Positions 1 through 14,411 are shown, counted from the first letter of the stretch. The stretch: DNA of 64,000 nt from the human T2T-CHM13v2.0 reference genome, Homo sapiens (GCF_009914755.1 NC_060934.1); one strand, 5' to 3'. The notes: generated by a model not told the origin, from the sequence alone. Numbers and translations are program-made.

Positions 1-597
1 GTACCAATTGCTTCAAACCAACAATCCACTTTTAGCAAAGGCAGAGTCAACTGGGTAGTGGTTTTACTATTGCCATGGGAACCCATGTTGCAGCCTGTGT
101 TACCAGGTTCTGTAACTTCTTAAAGCACTTAGTTTTTCTACGAGAATGCAGGTTGCTATCCTATCCTATTTTTATTTATATATGGGTATTTCTGCTCAGT
201 TTTAGCTTGAGATGTGTTTCAGTTTATTGCTTTGAAAGCATATAAGATATATACACCCAAGCTAGCTCGTGTAAGAAGTGGGCTTAATGGAAGAATAAAT
301 AAAAACCAAAACGTTCAGTCATATTCAGACGCTTCTGAACAGAGACAAGTTCAACTCCTGAGCCGCATTCTCAATTTCAGATTCGTGAGAAAAATGTCTA
401 ATTGATCCAGTGATCCAGCTGATCTTTTTGCCAGCAGTCATGGAATTTTGGCTGGTCTACTTATTGGCTACTCTTGATTTAGACACCTGTTCATAGTCCA
501 TTCAACTGCATGTGAGAAGAACATGTCATCTAGAGTATATATGAAATGCTAGAGATGGCATGGGTAGTATTTGTTGAGTACTTCTTGATAAGTTATA

Positions 598-1350
598 CTC
601 ATTTATTCATTCAGGCACTCCACAAATATTTGTAGGATTCTACTCTCAGAAGGCACTAGATAGGTATTAAGAATGCATAGCTTATGAAAAGCAGGTAAGT
701 TGCCCACTGTCCATAACGCTTACAATGTTGGGAAGGAACGATGTCACTCAACTAAAAACATGAATACGATAATGGCAGGTAGTGATAAGTTATATAAGTG
801 AATACATGGAATAGCATGACACTGGAATCAGAAAGCTTCTTTAAAGATTTAGGAAGATTTTAGGCATTGTAAGACATACTGTTACTGTTGCAACTACTCA
901 ACTCTGCCACTTCAAGAGTGAAAGCAGCCATAGACAATACTAAACAAATGAATAGTGTGGCTGTATTCCAATGAAACTTTTTATTTAGAAAACCAACTGT
1001 TGGGCTGTGGTTCACCTGAGGCCTTAATGTGCTGACACCTATTACAGAGAAAAACACAGCAGTGCTAGGTAGGTGACCATGTCTTTGTAGATAATGCAGT
1101 CAGAAGATTCCTCTCTGAAGAAGTAACATTTGGACTAAGATGCAAATCATGAGAAGGAACCAGATGTATTTGGAACTGCAGGAATGCTCACCAGGCAGGG
1201 GGAGCACCGATTGCAAGGATCTTGAGAAGAAGGAGATTGGAAAGTTCAAAGAAAAGAGGGGAGACCGAAATGGCTGGAGTTTGATGAGAAATTGAGAAAG
1301 CACTATAAGTAAGAGTTGAAGGGTTGACATATGTCAGCTTATGTAGCTGA
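598..1350 (-). mobile_element. L2 LINE 3' region, interrupted by a MER58-type element
   Basis: Starts with the reversed L2 3' terminus (ttattcattca...). Typical L2 minus-strand text resumes at ~1090 (gtcagaagattcctctctgaagaagtaacattt...). Confidence 0.65.
828..1042. mobile_element. MER58A-like hAT-Charlie MITE
   Basis: Diagnostic text 'tgttgcaactactcaactctgcc...gaaagcagccatagacaat...ggctgtattccaatgaaacttt'. Confidence 0.8.
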
Positions 1351-1861
1351 CAAAATTGAAGACAAAACTGAATAAACGGGAAGAATCAGAACTAGGTCGG
1401 CCAGAGCTAATGAGCAGTCTTCCCAAGGCATTGACATGAATCCATCAACTATTCACTCCCTCCCTGTCCCTCTCTACAGGGATCCAGTGCCTTGGAAAAG
1501 AAGCCCGTCGTCAATGACTGGACACATAGATTGAGTCTACAAGACTGCACAGAATGGAGGCAAGGACGTTTTCCAAAGTGAAACTAAAGCTCTATGAACA
1601 AAAGAAGGAAAAATCTATGATAAACATGGAAGAACACAGATAGGTACCCACTGCTGTTATTCAGGGAGCTTCTTCAGTGGTGAAGAAAACTTTAATCTCA
1701 ATTAATCTGAAGTCAAACTCTGTTGATGAACACATACAGCCAGAGGGAAGATGACCAGAACCATTTTTCATTAGGAAATGACTTTCTTGATCCCTAAGAG
1801 TAATGGTTACTTCAAAATCTACTTTGCTTAAAAGTATAGGCATTTCAGCTATTAAAAAAAA

Positions 1862-2885
1862 AATTTCAACTTTTATTTTGGATCCAAGAGTGCATATGCA
1901 GATTTCTTATAAGGGTATGTTGTGTGATGGGTAAGATTTGGGGTACAATTGATCTCATCATCCAGGTAGTGAGTATAGTGCCTAATAGGTCGTTTGTAGA
2001 ACCTCCCCCCTCTAGTAGACCCAGGGGTCTATTGTTGCTGTCTTTATGCCCATATGAATCCAATATTTAGCACCGACTCATATGTGAAAACAAGCGGTAT
2101 TTGTTGTACTATTCCTGCATTAATTTGCTTAGAATCATGGCCTCCAGCTGTCATCCATGTTGCTGCAAAGGACATGAGTTTATTCCTTTTTATGGCTGCA
2201 TAGTATTTCGGGGTGTATACATAACACTTTCTCTTTATTCAATTCACTGTTGATAGGTATTTATGTTGATTCCATGCCTTTGCTATTGTGACGAGTGCTT
2301 CAATAAACACGTGAATGCACGTGTCTTTTGGATAAAACAATTTATTTTCTTTTGAATATATACCCACGATGAGACTGCTGGGTCAAATGATAGCTCTATT
2401 TTAAGCTTTTTGAGAAATTTTCAAACTTCTTTCCATAGTGGCTCGACTAATTTACATTCCTACCAGCAGTGTATAAGCATTCCCTTTTCTCCACAGTCTC
2501 GCCAGCTCTACTGTTTTTAACTTTTTAATAATAGCCATTCTGACTGGTATGAGATGGTATCTCATTGTTGTCTTGATTTGCATTTCTCTGATGATTAGTG
2601 CTATTGAACATTTTTCATGTTTTTTGGCCCCTTGTATGTCTTCTTCTGAGATGTGCCTGTTCATGCCTTTTGCCGACTTTTTAAAGGGTTATTTCATTTT
2701 TTTGCTTGTTGAATTAAGTTCCTTGTAGATTCTGAATATTAGACCCTTGTTGAATGCATAGTTTGTGACTATTTTCTCCTGTTCTGTAGGTTGTCTCTTT
2801 AGTCTCTTGATAGTTGGTTTTGCTGCGTGGAAGTTCTTTAGTTTAATTAGGTCTCACTTGTCCATTTTTGCTTTTGTTGCAGTTT
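1862..2885 (-). mobile_element. 5'-truncated old L1PA (about L1PA15/16), 3' UTR plus ORF2 C-terminus
   Basis: ORF 2452-2664(-) '[25 protein letters not shown]' is the L1 ORF2p C-terminus. Degenerate TSD tttcagctatt (~1843) / tttcaactatt (~2883). Confidence 0.9.
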
Positions 2886-2894
2886 CAACTATTT

Positions 2895-4340
2895 TTTAAT
2901 CCATAGTAAGTTTGTATAACTTTTCTTTTATTTACTCATAGCTTATTTGTGCCTTTATATTTAAAAAGGGTCCCTCGTGGGCATTCTGTATTTGCCTATT
3001 TATTTTTTAGCCAGTGTTACAATTCTTGCCTTTTAATTGTTCTGTTTGGACCATTTATATTAACATAATTATCGATTCAGTTGGATTTAAATCTACTATA
3101 TTCATTGTTTTTCCTGTTTGATTAATCTTTTGTTTGTCCTCCTATTTTTTCTTCTTTTATTGGGTTAATTTAATAATTTCATTATTTAATCATTCTAATT
3201 GACTTATTCAATTACATAATTTTCCTTGCTGACTTATAAACTGTATCTCTTTGGGGTGTGTGTGTAGTGTAGTATAATAAAAAAAATCATTGTTATTCAC
3301 ACAGTTAACATTTTTAATGTTCTTTATTTCATTGTGGAGATCCAGATTTTTCATCTCAGACATTGTGGGTTTTTTGCAAGAAGTTTAATTGGAGTCTTTT
3401 ATAATATTATCCAAGTCTCTATATAACATGCTCATATTTTCCTCTAGTTTTTTGAATACATGAAATACGGTTATAATTTCTGCATATTGGTCTATACATT
3501 ATACATATGTCATTTCTGTGTTAATTTCCATCTATTGATTTCTTTCTCATCATTGTGAATTCTATTTTGCTGTTTCATTGAATGCCTGTAATTTTTTAAT
3601 GAATAACAACCATTTGGAATTTTATCTTTTTGTTTCATGAATAATTTTTGCATTCCTATAAATATTATTGAGCTCTATTCTAAGATGCAGTTTCATTTCT
3701 TGGTAGTAGTTCAATCTCTCAGGTTCTTATTTTTAATCTTTGTTAGATAGGACCAGGGTAGCATTTATTTAGGATTAACTTTCTTCTGCTCCTTGAGGCA
3801 AAACCCTTTTAAGTATTCTACCCAGTGACCTATAAACTATAAGATTTCTACTCTTGGTTTTGGGAACAGAAAATATGTCTGGCTCTGTGTGAGTTTCAGG
3901 GATTACTTTCCTAATCATTTTAGATGGTTCTTTACCCAGACTACAGTAGTTTCCTCCTACCCTTGCACTGATCAGTTTTCAGCTGAAGAGACAAGAGAGA
4001 CCTTCTGCAAATCCTCAGTGGTCTCTCTGTCCAGCTCTCCTCACTAGTTCTTAGCCTTGTGTGGTTTAGCTGCATTGGCCTCTCCAGGCTTTATCTCCTT
4101 AACTCAAGTAGGATGCTGCATTCCCTGGCTTCCCATCTCTGAGCTTTGCATGGAACTGTCTCCAGGAAATAGGCTTCAGAAATTTGGAGTTTATCTCATT
4201 GGTTTCCCGTTCCTCTAAGATTTCTCCACTTTGATGCCTGCTGTCCAATGTCTTAAAACTCATTGCCTCTAATATTGCATATGTTTTTTCATTATTGTAG
4301 GAGAGAGGATAAATCTAAGTCCCGTGACTGCATCTTAGCT
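2895..4340 (-). mobile_element. ancient L1M fragment(s)
   Basis: T-rich degenerate antisense L1 text, e.g. 'cttgccttttaattg...ggaccatttatatt...gttggatttaaatctac'. Confidence 0.6.
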
Positions 4341-5624
4341 AGAAATATAAGTCCTCAGTTGCTTTAATTTTTTTTCTTCTTTTCCATAAATACTCCTGGC
4401 ACCTTTATTTGTACACAGCAGCTCCTAGATGATCACATCAAAATTTCTAAGAAATCTTATAATCTGAAAAAATTTAAGAGTTTCCCAAAAATCCCCAAAG
4501 GCACTCTGAGATCAGCATTTAGATTCCAAGAGGGAATCAATGAATAAACATGTCATTTGTTGGTAAGTTTGCAAAAATATCACTCCTAGGTGAATCATTT
4601 AAATGATATCTATTTGGCTAATTGATGTAATAACATTTATTGTGAGCCTTTAATTTTTTTTTACATAAAGGACAATTGTGTCCTAAAATAAGTACTCCAT
4701 TGGCGATTGTTTGCAAATGATGATATTTTCATTACTTACCTTATCATCAAATTATCCAAATTGATAATGCTGGATAATAAAGATGTACATTTTGTTAGAG
4801 TCACTTCACTGTTGGAAAACAAATTCTTCTCTGTCCCCCTCTGACTCCCAGCACAAAGTGGATGAATGCCTTCTCCACAGAAGAATGGAGCTCATTTTTC
4901 ATGGTCAATCTAAGAAAACCCAAAGGTATCTGAAGTAGTTGAATAGATTTTTAGACTGTTAGAACTGGAAGGTATATCAGACAATCTAGCTAGATCATTA
5001 TGATATATTTTACCTGGAAAACTTATAAACCACAATGCAGATTTTAATAATTAAGCAACTGAATTTGAAATAAATTGTTCAATATATCAAAAATTGAAAA
5101 ATTCCACTAGAGTACCTAAATAAATTATTGAATATCTCCAGGAATGGAGATTTTAATAAATTATGTCCAAGAATACCCTGTAGGAATCATCATAAGAAAA
5201 AATATTTAATACAAATTCAAAATTTTAAGTTCTTGTGCCTTTATTTTGTAGGCAAACACCATTTTTTTAAAAAGGTGATGAAATAATGCTGAACAAGGAG
5301 CCTTATTCAAACTCTATTTTGAATGACTTTTCTTTGTATTTAATACACTTATTTAATATTTTTACCATTTATGTGTCTTTATATCTATTTTATTCTTTTT
5401 AGAAAGTCAAAATCAAACTAGCTGGTTACTTTGAAATACCTTATTACTTACAATGTTATATTGGATGCTAAATATATAATATGTAAAGTTCATTTATCTA
5501 ATGTGATTAAATATTCACATAAATTATCATATTAAATAATGCATTTAATATATGCATTTTATATTATGCAACTTATAGATGTACTCAAATTTTTAATTAA
5601 CTTCATAGTGTTGGACATTTGCCT

Positions 5625-5945
5625 ATGTGTCAGCTATAACTATAATATGCCTTTCAGCAAACCTTCCCTCAATTTCATTGCTTAATGCAACGATCATGCG
5701 TCGTCACAGATCTCTGCATCTTCTGAGGTTCAGAAGGCACCCTGGGCTTGGTGGGGAGGCTCTGCTGATCTTGACAGGGCTCAGCCATGCACTCGGTACT
5801 TAGATATTAATCCTCTGAACTAGACTGGGCTCCACTGGGTGATTCAGCTCTGCTCCATGTCTCTCATCCTACCTCTGGAATCAGCAGACTAGTGTCAATA
5901 TTCTTCTCATGGCAATGAAAGAGATGCAAGACAGCATGTCTGTCT
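5625..5945 (-). mobile_element. old MaLR LTR (MLT1-type)
   Basis: 'ctctgctgatcttgacagggctc...cagctctgctccatgtctctcatc...ttcttctcatggcaatg' resembles reversed MLT1H/J-type LTRs. Confidence 0.6.
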
Positions 5946-5967
5946 GGGTGTTTCTTCGTTAGCCCGT

Positions 5968-6097
5968 CATTCTCTCATTCTTCTCTTTCTCCTTCTCCTC
6001 CTCTTCCTCCTCTTTGTTCTATCTCCTCCTCCTCCTCTCCACCCTCCTTCTCCTCTTCCATCTTTGCCTCCTCCTCCTTCTCCTCTCTCTCTTTCTT
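5968..6097. repeat. CT-rich low-complexity tract (degenerate CCT/CTT)
   Basis: About 130 bp nearly pure pyrimidine on the + strand. Confidence 0.9.
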
Positions 6098-6704
6098 GAT
6101 AGAATGTCAGCATTTAACGTTTTTGCTAAATTGACAAATGCAAATGGAGATTATAGCCTTTGGCCTAAGCATTTAAGTACATTTCTTTAAACCTTCCTTC
6201 AAAGGTTTAGTGAAGTAACACTTAAACTCATTGCATGATTTATCAAGGGTAGCCTTGGCCCCACTGCTCCTATTCCTTCAAAAATAATCACTTAAATGAA
6301 TCTTACTCTAAACCAATGAGTCAAGCAAGGTTCTGAAGGGACATAAAAATCTCCAGCTTGAGCTGCCAGTAAATTGTGCTTTATGTAGCTGTGCTGACCT
6401 TTGCCTATTTGTGTGATATATTTGCTGTCTTTGTTTTTATTTTGTTTTTGATGGATACTAACTACAGTCAACATATATGATGCCAAATTGCTCTTTTTGA
6501 AATTGATTTCATTTTTCAAAGACCTAATTGGCATCATACACTCTTCTTTTTTCTTTCCTACCTCCTTCTCCATAGCACAAGTTTATAGTGTTCTACTGAT
6601 TAGTTCTGACATCGGCATCTGTCACTTAATTTTTTATACTATTTTTTATAAAAGCATGACCTATTCTGTATTTTCATTATTTTAGATTTTCAGTTAATTA
6701 AAAA

Positions 6705-6736
6705 ATATATATAGTTATATATATATATATATATAG
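6705..6736. repeat. (TA)n microsatellite
   Basis: Directly visible. Confidence 0.9.
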
Positions 6737-6904
6737 CCACATGAAAAACAGATTCCTCATTATAAAAATTTTTACTAACTAGTAAACTGTTACTAACTAT
6801 ATAAATTACTAAGACTTTAGTTTAGATAGGATGATTCTTCTTCCCCCATTTAATAATCTTGAGTTGAAGTTAATTATATGCTTGTTTTAAATTAATGGTA
6901 TGTA

Positions 6905-6984
6905 AGGATCACTATCAAACTACTAAACATAATGATAACCGCTTTATGGGTTATCATTATGTTTAGTAGTTTGATAGTGATCCT
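6905..6984. repeat. perfect inverted repeat, 36-bp arms, 8-nt spacer
   Basis: 6905-6940 aggatcactatcaaactactaaacataatgataacc is the exact reverse complement of 6949-6984. Confidence 0.98.
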
Positions 6985-7011
6985 AACACAGCATACAGAG
7001 AGACATACACA

Positions 7012-7350
7012 TTTATGTCTCTCTCCAAAATTCATATGTTGAACGTTAAACCAGATGTAATGATATTAGGAGGCGGGGCCTCTGAGAGGTATTTAGGTCA
7101 TGAAAGTGGGACCCTCATGATAGGATTAGTGTTTTATAAGAAGAAAAAGGAGAGACTGAGATTCCTAACCACCTCCCCACACCAGGCCATGTGAGAACAC
7201 AACAAACACATGGTCATCTGCAAACCAGGAAGAGATTCCTCCCAGACACTGAACCTACTGGAGCTTGGCTCTTGGACTATAAAAAATACATTTTTATTGA
7301 TTAAGCCACCCATTTGTTGTTTTGTTATAGCAGTCTGAACAGATTAAGAT
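7012..7350 (+). mobile_element. MLT1A-type MaLR solo LTR, extreme 5' end altered
   Basis: 'ccaaaattcatatgttgaa...ggaggcggggcct...ttaggtcatga' and terminal 'tttgttatagcagtctgaacagattaagata'. Confidence 0.85.
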
Positions 7351-7794
7351 ACCCCTTGAATAGAAACCTGTTTGAAAACTCATAATAATTTGTTGTTACT
7401 TGAGAAGATATTGTGTTGGTGGCTTTTCAGAGAGGTCATTAAATATCCAACAGCTCTTCATTCCCACACCTTTCACCTTTTGAACAAGAACAAAAGCAAA
7501 ATTGAGTGGCTAAATGATATTCTTAAAGTATTGCGGTCTACTTTGAACACCAATACTCAAATACTAACTAATTCAATCAGGCAGAAATGCACTAAGGAAT
7601 AATATTTTTCACAATTAATTATTCCACTAGGTGTTTTCTAGAACTTAAACATGATATTGTAAATGTAAGTATAACTTCAATTCATTGTTTGAAAGGCTAT
7701 TGTTTATTTTCCCACCCAAATATTAGATTTACAATATCATGAAATGATGTGTAATAATTTATATAGGATATGTAATAAATGAATAAATTAGAAC

Positions 7795-8035
7795 TAATGT
7801 CCACCAAATACCTACTGCATATTACTGCATTGCGCTAGGTGTTTCACGTCTACTAATTCATTTAATCCTCATCATAATTCTGCCTAGTAAGTGTTCACCT
7901 CTTTTTGTGGATGAGGAACTTGAAGATTGGGAAGTCCAAATTATTTGTCCAACAGCACGTAGTTAATATGAAGTAGAGCTAGATTTTCAACCAGATATTC
8001 CTAATTCAAAAGTCTGCTTTCTGTCTATTACACAC
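7795..8035 (-). mobile_element. MIR SINE
   Basis: Reversed MIR core 'tcatttaatcctcat...gatgaggaacttgaag...tttgtccaacagcac'. Confidence 0.75.
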
Positions 8036-10207
8036 TGGAGCTACAGTGACATTTGCTTCTAAATTATCTTATGCTTAAACAAGAAAACCTCATAGAATAT
8101 GGATTTTTAGTGGCAAGATCAAGAGCTTCAACACTCTTTTCTCTGCTTAAATTTTCTAAGTTTAGCCTCAATTTTCTTATCACAAATAACTTCCCCTTTC
8201 TAGAGAAACCTTCTAACCTACATACCCTTATGAATGCCATTTCTTTTCTTTATCACTCTTCTTGATTTACTGGGCCATGGAGATTCTATCCGCCTAATCC
8301 AACAACTAAGAATAGAATGGTGAGATCCATTCCATCTCACCAAATCTAACAGCTTTTCTGCTCTTCTTTGGAAATGATCACAATTATTTCTCCATGGCTC
8401 TTTATCCTCACTGTTCACTGTTCACAGATCTTGAGGTCTGAAATGTGTTCTGGAAATCTTAGTGCATGCTATGGGGTTTTAATGCACACAATAAAAATAA
8501 AAGTAAAAAGCTACTGCTAATGTTAAGGTACTGTAGGTGCTAATGACATTTTTGTTTGTGATCTTGCTTTTCCATTGAACAGAACAAGGCTGCCCTTGCG
8601 TTTTCTGCACATTTCAGCCACTCCTGTGGGCCCTGCTGCCTGCTCAGTGTAGCCAGTGCTCCAAGTGCATTGCCAGATTCAGCCATCACAGCCACATTCC
8701 AGCAAGTGTTGCTACCCTCATGTAACAGAGGAGCAAGAAGATTCGACACATTAAGTGAAATTTTCACTGAGCACCTAAGAGCAAGCATGCCTGATTCTAA
8801 AACTTAAATTCGTATCCACTGAGTTTGCTGCCTCTAAAAAGCCAGTAGCAGTGATTGCAATTCACTCCCAGACCACTTCAAGGCCAGGAATCTTTTCATT
8901 TTATCAAGGTTGACTCACCCCCATGGATGCATGCATAAGGAATTTAGACTTGATGAGCCTGCCTTGAATTATTGTCATAGACAATGGTACTTAAAGGAGC
9001 AGAAATTCTTCCTTTCCTTTCCAACTTAGCTATCAATGTATTGCACAATCAGAATGGTTTGGGTTAATGTTGGAAATATTTCTCTGTATTTCATTTCTAT
9101 GAATGTATTTTTCTATGAATGTGTATTTCCTTACGGAAACTGTCACCAACTTTAGAAAAACTAGAACACGGCAAATCGCTACAGTTAAGACATTTTGAAA
9201 CTTCTATTTGCCCTGAAGCCAAAAGCACCATAACTGCTCTCATCATTCACTATTTTAATTGCTCAGTTCCTGTTTGGAATTGTGCTGTAAAACTCAGTGT
9301 CCTACTTGTCATTCTGATTTTGATTCTAGTTTTCAATCATAGTTTTGAAAAGTTGCTTTGATGAAGGGCTCAAGTATTGCAGTTATAGAGGTCACCACCT
9401 ATAATCTCTCTAATAAAAAATTTCAAATGAATCACAGCCATTCTAATAATGTTGCAGCCATGCTACATTGCTCATAATTCAGAATATAACACAGAGCCCT
9501 TACGGGTCTTTCAGATAGGCTTTTTTTTTTAAATCTGTTTAATAAGCAAAAAATAAGTGAAGGCTTCTATAAGGATCAGGATGGACATGCTCGGATAGAC
9601 AAGTAGAAAAAGGTTTTACAAAGAATTGATTAGAGCCAATAATTAATGATTAATATATGCATTAACTTCAATATAAACTTTAGCCTTACTTTGTTAATAA
9701 ACGATAAATCATTTCATATGTAACATAGATATTAAAAATACATTACTATTTCCATTAAAATTGCCATACTCTTCTCTATACTTGTTACAATAAGCTTTTT
9801 TTTCCCAGCAGTCAATTCAAAAGTATTTTTTCAGTGCTACTTTTTATATATTTCTTCCTTATGCTGTTTGTGAACAAAGTTAATAATAAGGTTTTTAAAT
9901 GGTGCCAGCATTTTTCTTACAGTGTTTTTTTGTGTCTGAATAAAGAACTGTCCATGTTAAGAATCCATTTGTTCCTAAGATCATCTCTCAAGAAGGCTAG
10001 AGGATGTGCTGCCTGCCACTGCGTCAGCATCTCAGCAACCTGTGACCCGCAGGCTTTGAGATACCCGTGTTCTTCCCGTATGTCATTTGCTCCCTGGTGC
10101 CATCCCAGCCGTGACAGTTTCAAGCATCTTTTTTTGTGTTTAAGGCACAACAAAAGTGGATAAGCTTTGCTAGCCTCATGTCTACTTTAGATCAAGAAAG
10201 CAAAAGA

Positions 10208-10500
10208 GGCTGGGTGGATGGGTGTGTGATCCCAGCACTTTGGGAGGCCAAGGTGGGAGAATTGCTTGAGTCCAGGAGTTCGAGGCCAACTTGGGAAACA
10301 TGCTGAGACCCTGTCTCTCCAAAAAAAATAAAATAAAAATAAATAGCCTAATTAGCCTAGTGTGGTGGCACATGCCTGCAGTCCCAGCCTGGGAGGTGGA
10401 GGCTGCAGTGAGCTGAGATCACTCCACTGCACTCCAGCTTGGGCATCAGAGTGAGACTTTGTCTCAAAAGAAAAATTAAAAAAAAAAAAAAAAAAAAAAA
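10208..10500 (+). mobile_element. AluJ with an internal deletion in the right arm
   Basis: Two-arm Alu with J-type text (ttgcttgag.ccaggagttcgag; gaggctgcagtgagc). The right arm jumps from gtcccagc to ctgggagg. A-tail present; TSD aaagcaaaagag on both sides. Confidence 0.95.
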
Positions 10501-11164
10501 AGCAAAAGAGGTGAGCTGATGCTAGTTCCAGCCGATTTCTATTCCTTTTCATGGCCAGAGTTAAGTCCTTCAGCCACTCCTTGCTGAAATGTTTAAATAG
10601 TGTTTCCTGAGCCCTGGTGAAAACAACTATTAAATCAATTGAAATATTTATTTAGAGTCATCTATGTGCCAGTCACTAAGTTTTCTATTAGCCTTACCTA
10701 GATGACCTGTGGAAGATAACTTCAGTTTAACATTCTATGAAAATGTTGATGTCTTTGGTTAGAGGAAGTGAGGCTGAGTTTATAAGTGAAGAACAGGAGA
10801 GAATGAATTATTCACAGACATGTATGAGTGTCTGGGAAGACAACGGGACTGTTCACTGGAGGATTTGAGATGCTATATTAAGGACAAAGCAGACATATAA
10901 GATAGATCACTAAGCTCTTGACTTTGTGACCCAAGATTCATGTCCAATTTTCCTACTCAAAAGCAAAACTGCAAAGTAGGCGAATTCAAGTACAGATTTC
11001 CAATTTCATCTTAGTTTCTTTCATTCGATTGATTCAACCTCAACCTCTTCACCAATATTATATTTTGCTTAAATATTAGCCCAGTAATATGAAAAACATA
11101 GACTATAAGAAGTTAATGAAGCCATACAGAAAGGCACATGTCATGAGAGACATCATCGGACTGA

Positions 11165-11743
<579 letters not shown>

Positions 11744-11999
11744 CACTGGGTTAGATACTCTCTAAGAAGACATGTAAAAATCATTCTGGCTTGTTTAGGA
11801 GATGTTTTTGTTGCAGACGCTCCTATTCATTTTGTCAAGAAGTGTTTTAAAAACAACTGTATATGACTTTACACAAAATCATAAAAAAGAGAAATTCCCA
11901 CCAGTTGGGCCAGACTTATGTCCTGCTTTCATGAGGAACACAGTCTGGAGGAGACTGACATTAACCACATATTTGCTTTCAATGCTGTATCATGAACTG

Positions 12000-12665
12000 A
12001 GAGAAATGTTTTGAAGGCAAAAACATGATTGTCACCTGAAATTGCATAGTAATGAAGGAAACCTACCAAGACAGGAGAAAGTTTCATGGATATATGTGTG
12101 TCCTAAAGTCTGCAGGACTATAGGCAATAACTAGGAAGTAATGTTAGGATGGTAACTGCGGAGGGAAGAATGGCCCCATAGTGGATGCGGGCATGGGGTG
12201 TCCTGGGCACTGAGAGGACCAGTGCTGCTGTAGTGTAGGAGGTGAGCAGAGCAGTAATACCAGATGAGGATAAAGGTAAACAGGAGCCAGAAGTTAAGGA
12301 TTTGTTACCCTCTAAAATTCATAGTAGGTCATCATAGGTGGTAAGTGAGGGGGAGGAGTGTCACGAACAACACTGCATTTTGGATAGATGCTCGGGTTGC
12401 GGAGTGATGAAAGTTTTGGAGAGAGTCATGGGTTAGGTGTGAGGAAACCCATCACCTAAGTTATAGATAGTAACAGTCCAAACTAAGGTAGCTGTAGACA
12501 AGATGAAGGAAAGTTGGCAGATTTGAAAGACATAGAGGAGAAATGGGGAGAAATGGATCGGGACAGCCTTTATGCACGTGGGAAGCAAGGGAAAGAGAAT
12601 TGATTGAGAGTATTCCAGTTTCTGGAATAGATCAGCAGAGAAGATCCTTAGGATATGTTGATGTT
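12000..12665 (-). mobile_element. degenerate L2 fragment
   Basis: Purine-rich text typical of antisense L2, e.g. 'ggcagatttgaaagacat', 'ttccagtttctgg'. Confidence 0.5.
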
Positions 12666-13965
12666 TCTAATAGCCTTGGTAGCCTTCTCTGACAGCAGTT
12701 ACCTAAGCCACATTGCTAAAGCTTATCACAGCAAGGATCAGAGAACAGGATGAATGGGTTTCCCTGGAATCACCCAGTCTATGCTGCTCTAAGTATCCCA
12801 GTTATCTGTCTTCATTCCATGTCTAGGACTATCCTCAGGGGGTCGGCTTCCTGGGATATAAAGAAAAAAGTAAAAAAAAAAAATCAGGAACCTTAAGATT
12901 GTGGAAAAGTTGGTAAAATCTGCATGTACTTGATTGTAGTCACAGGACTGAAAACAATTAGAAATGATGCCCTGATTTTCTCTTCATTAGCAGATACTTG
13001 GAACACCGACTTCTGGTTTTGATTAGGAAAAAGGAACTGGTATTTGAAGATCCCAATAGTCTTCAGAGGAGATAAGATGCAACCCAAATAAGCTGTTGGT
13101 GACTGGGAAGTAATGCTGAAGTTCACAGGCACTAATAGGCTTCTTTGTTATGATTGCAGGAGCTGTAAGAAGAGAAGTTCCCTGTTATGGAAATTTATTG
13201 CACCCAGTAAGTATAAGATATCCCTGAGAGGAAGTTTTTCCCTTTTCTTTTTTTAAAAAAATTTGTTGTGATGACTGTATATACTGCATGTGTATAAACT
13301 GTATTCTGAAAATGGAAGAAGACAAATCAGATAATTCACCAAAAGAACTGCCTGCTGAGGAGAGACTTGAGGAGGAATCTGTACCCCTGAGCTCAGTTGA
13401 TGGCAATCAGGAAAAATAGAAACAGGCTCCCAGGAAGGCTGCGAGAGGCACGTTTTGCTTGGGCCCTCTACATGGATGTGGATGACATTGTAAAGAATTC
13501 TTTAAGTTACTGCTGGCCTTAAATAATCAGGAAGTGAATCAGTGTCAAATTCGTCAATGAGTAAACATGTCAGTTATTTAAAACTGAAGTGACAGGCAGG
13601 AACTCACCTATGGCAACCACAGAGCATGCAGATTCCCCGAATAAGAACCGACAGTACCTGAAAAACCACGGGAACCAGAAAGGACTTGGTTCCCACAGTG
13701 GGAGACCTGCCCAAGCGCTTGATTGAGCAGTGATTCTCCAAGGAGGCCGATGGACAAGGAGAGACCACAGGCTAAGACTCCCATTCTCCTGAATGCCCTG
13801 GAAATATGTCCACACAGCTGCCCTGGCTCTTGGGGCATCCCAGGAGGACAAGTGAATCCTCCTCTTCCCACCATCCATAAAGGGAGACTCGGAAGAGGCC
13901 AACGGCATTTCTCAGCGACTACACCACAAGGATTATATTTGGATCACGTTTAACAACATGGCCCA

Positions 13966-14260
13966 GGCCAGGTGCAGTGGCTCATGCCTGTAATCCCAGC
14001 ATTTAGGGAGGCTGAGGCAGGAGGATTGTTTGAGCCCAGGAGTTCAATACCAGTCTGGGCAACATACTGGGACTCTGTCTCTACAAAAAGTAAAAAAATT
14101 AGCCAGGTATAGTAGCACGCCTAGAGTCCCAGCTGCTCGGGAAACTGAGGTGGGAGGGTGGCTTGAGCTCTGGGAGGTTGAGGCAGTAGTGAACTGTGTT
14201 CGCAACACAGCACTCCAGCCTGGTCAGCAGAGCAAGACCCTGTCTCAAAAATCAAAACCA
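13966..14260 (+). mobile_element. AluJ
   Basis: 'ggcaggaggattgtttgagcccaggagttcaa...gagcaagaccctgtctcaaaa'; heavily diverged. Confidence 0.95.
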
Positions 14261-14411
14261 AATTCAATGTGTCTCGTAGATAAGGCTGATCTTAAGGTTG
14301 ACCTTGATGAGCTGGTGTGCGCTGGAAGGCCAGAGTCTAAGGTACAATATTATTTAAGGCTCAGTAACTCACACCTGAGGAACCTCCTGCTACTGAACAA
14401 CTAGGAGTCCG

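Noticed and set aside
9094-9128. Short tandem duplication of tttctatgaatgt (similar cases at ~29377 and ~57061)
   Set aside because: Ordinary slippage-scale duplications.
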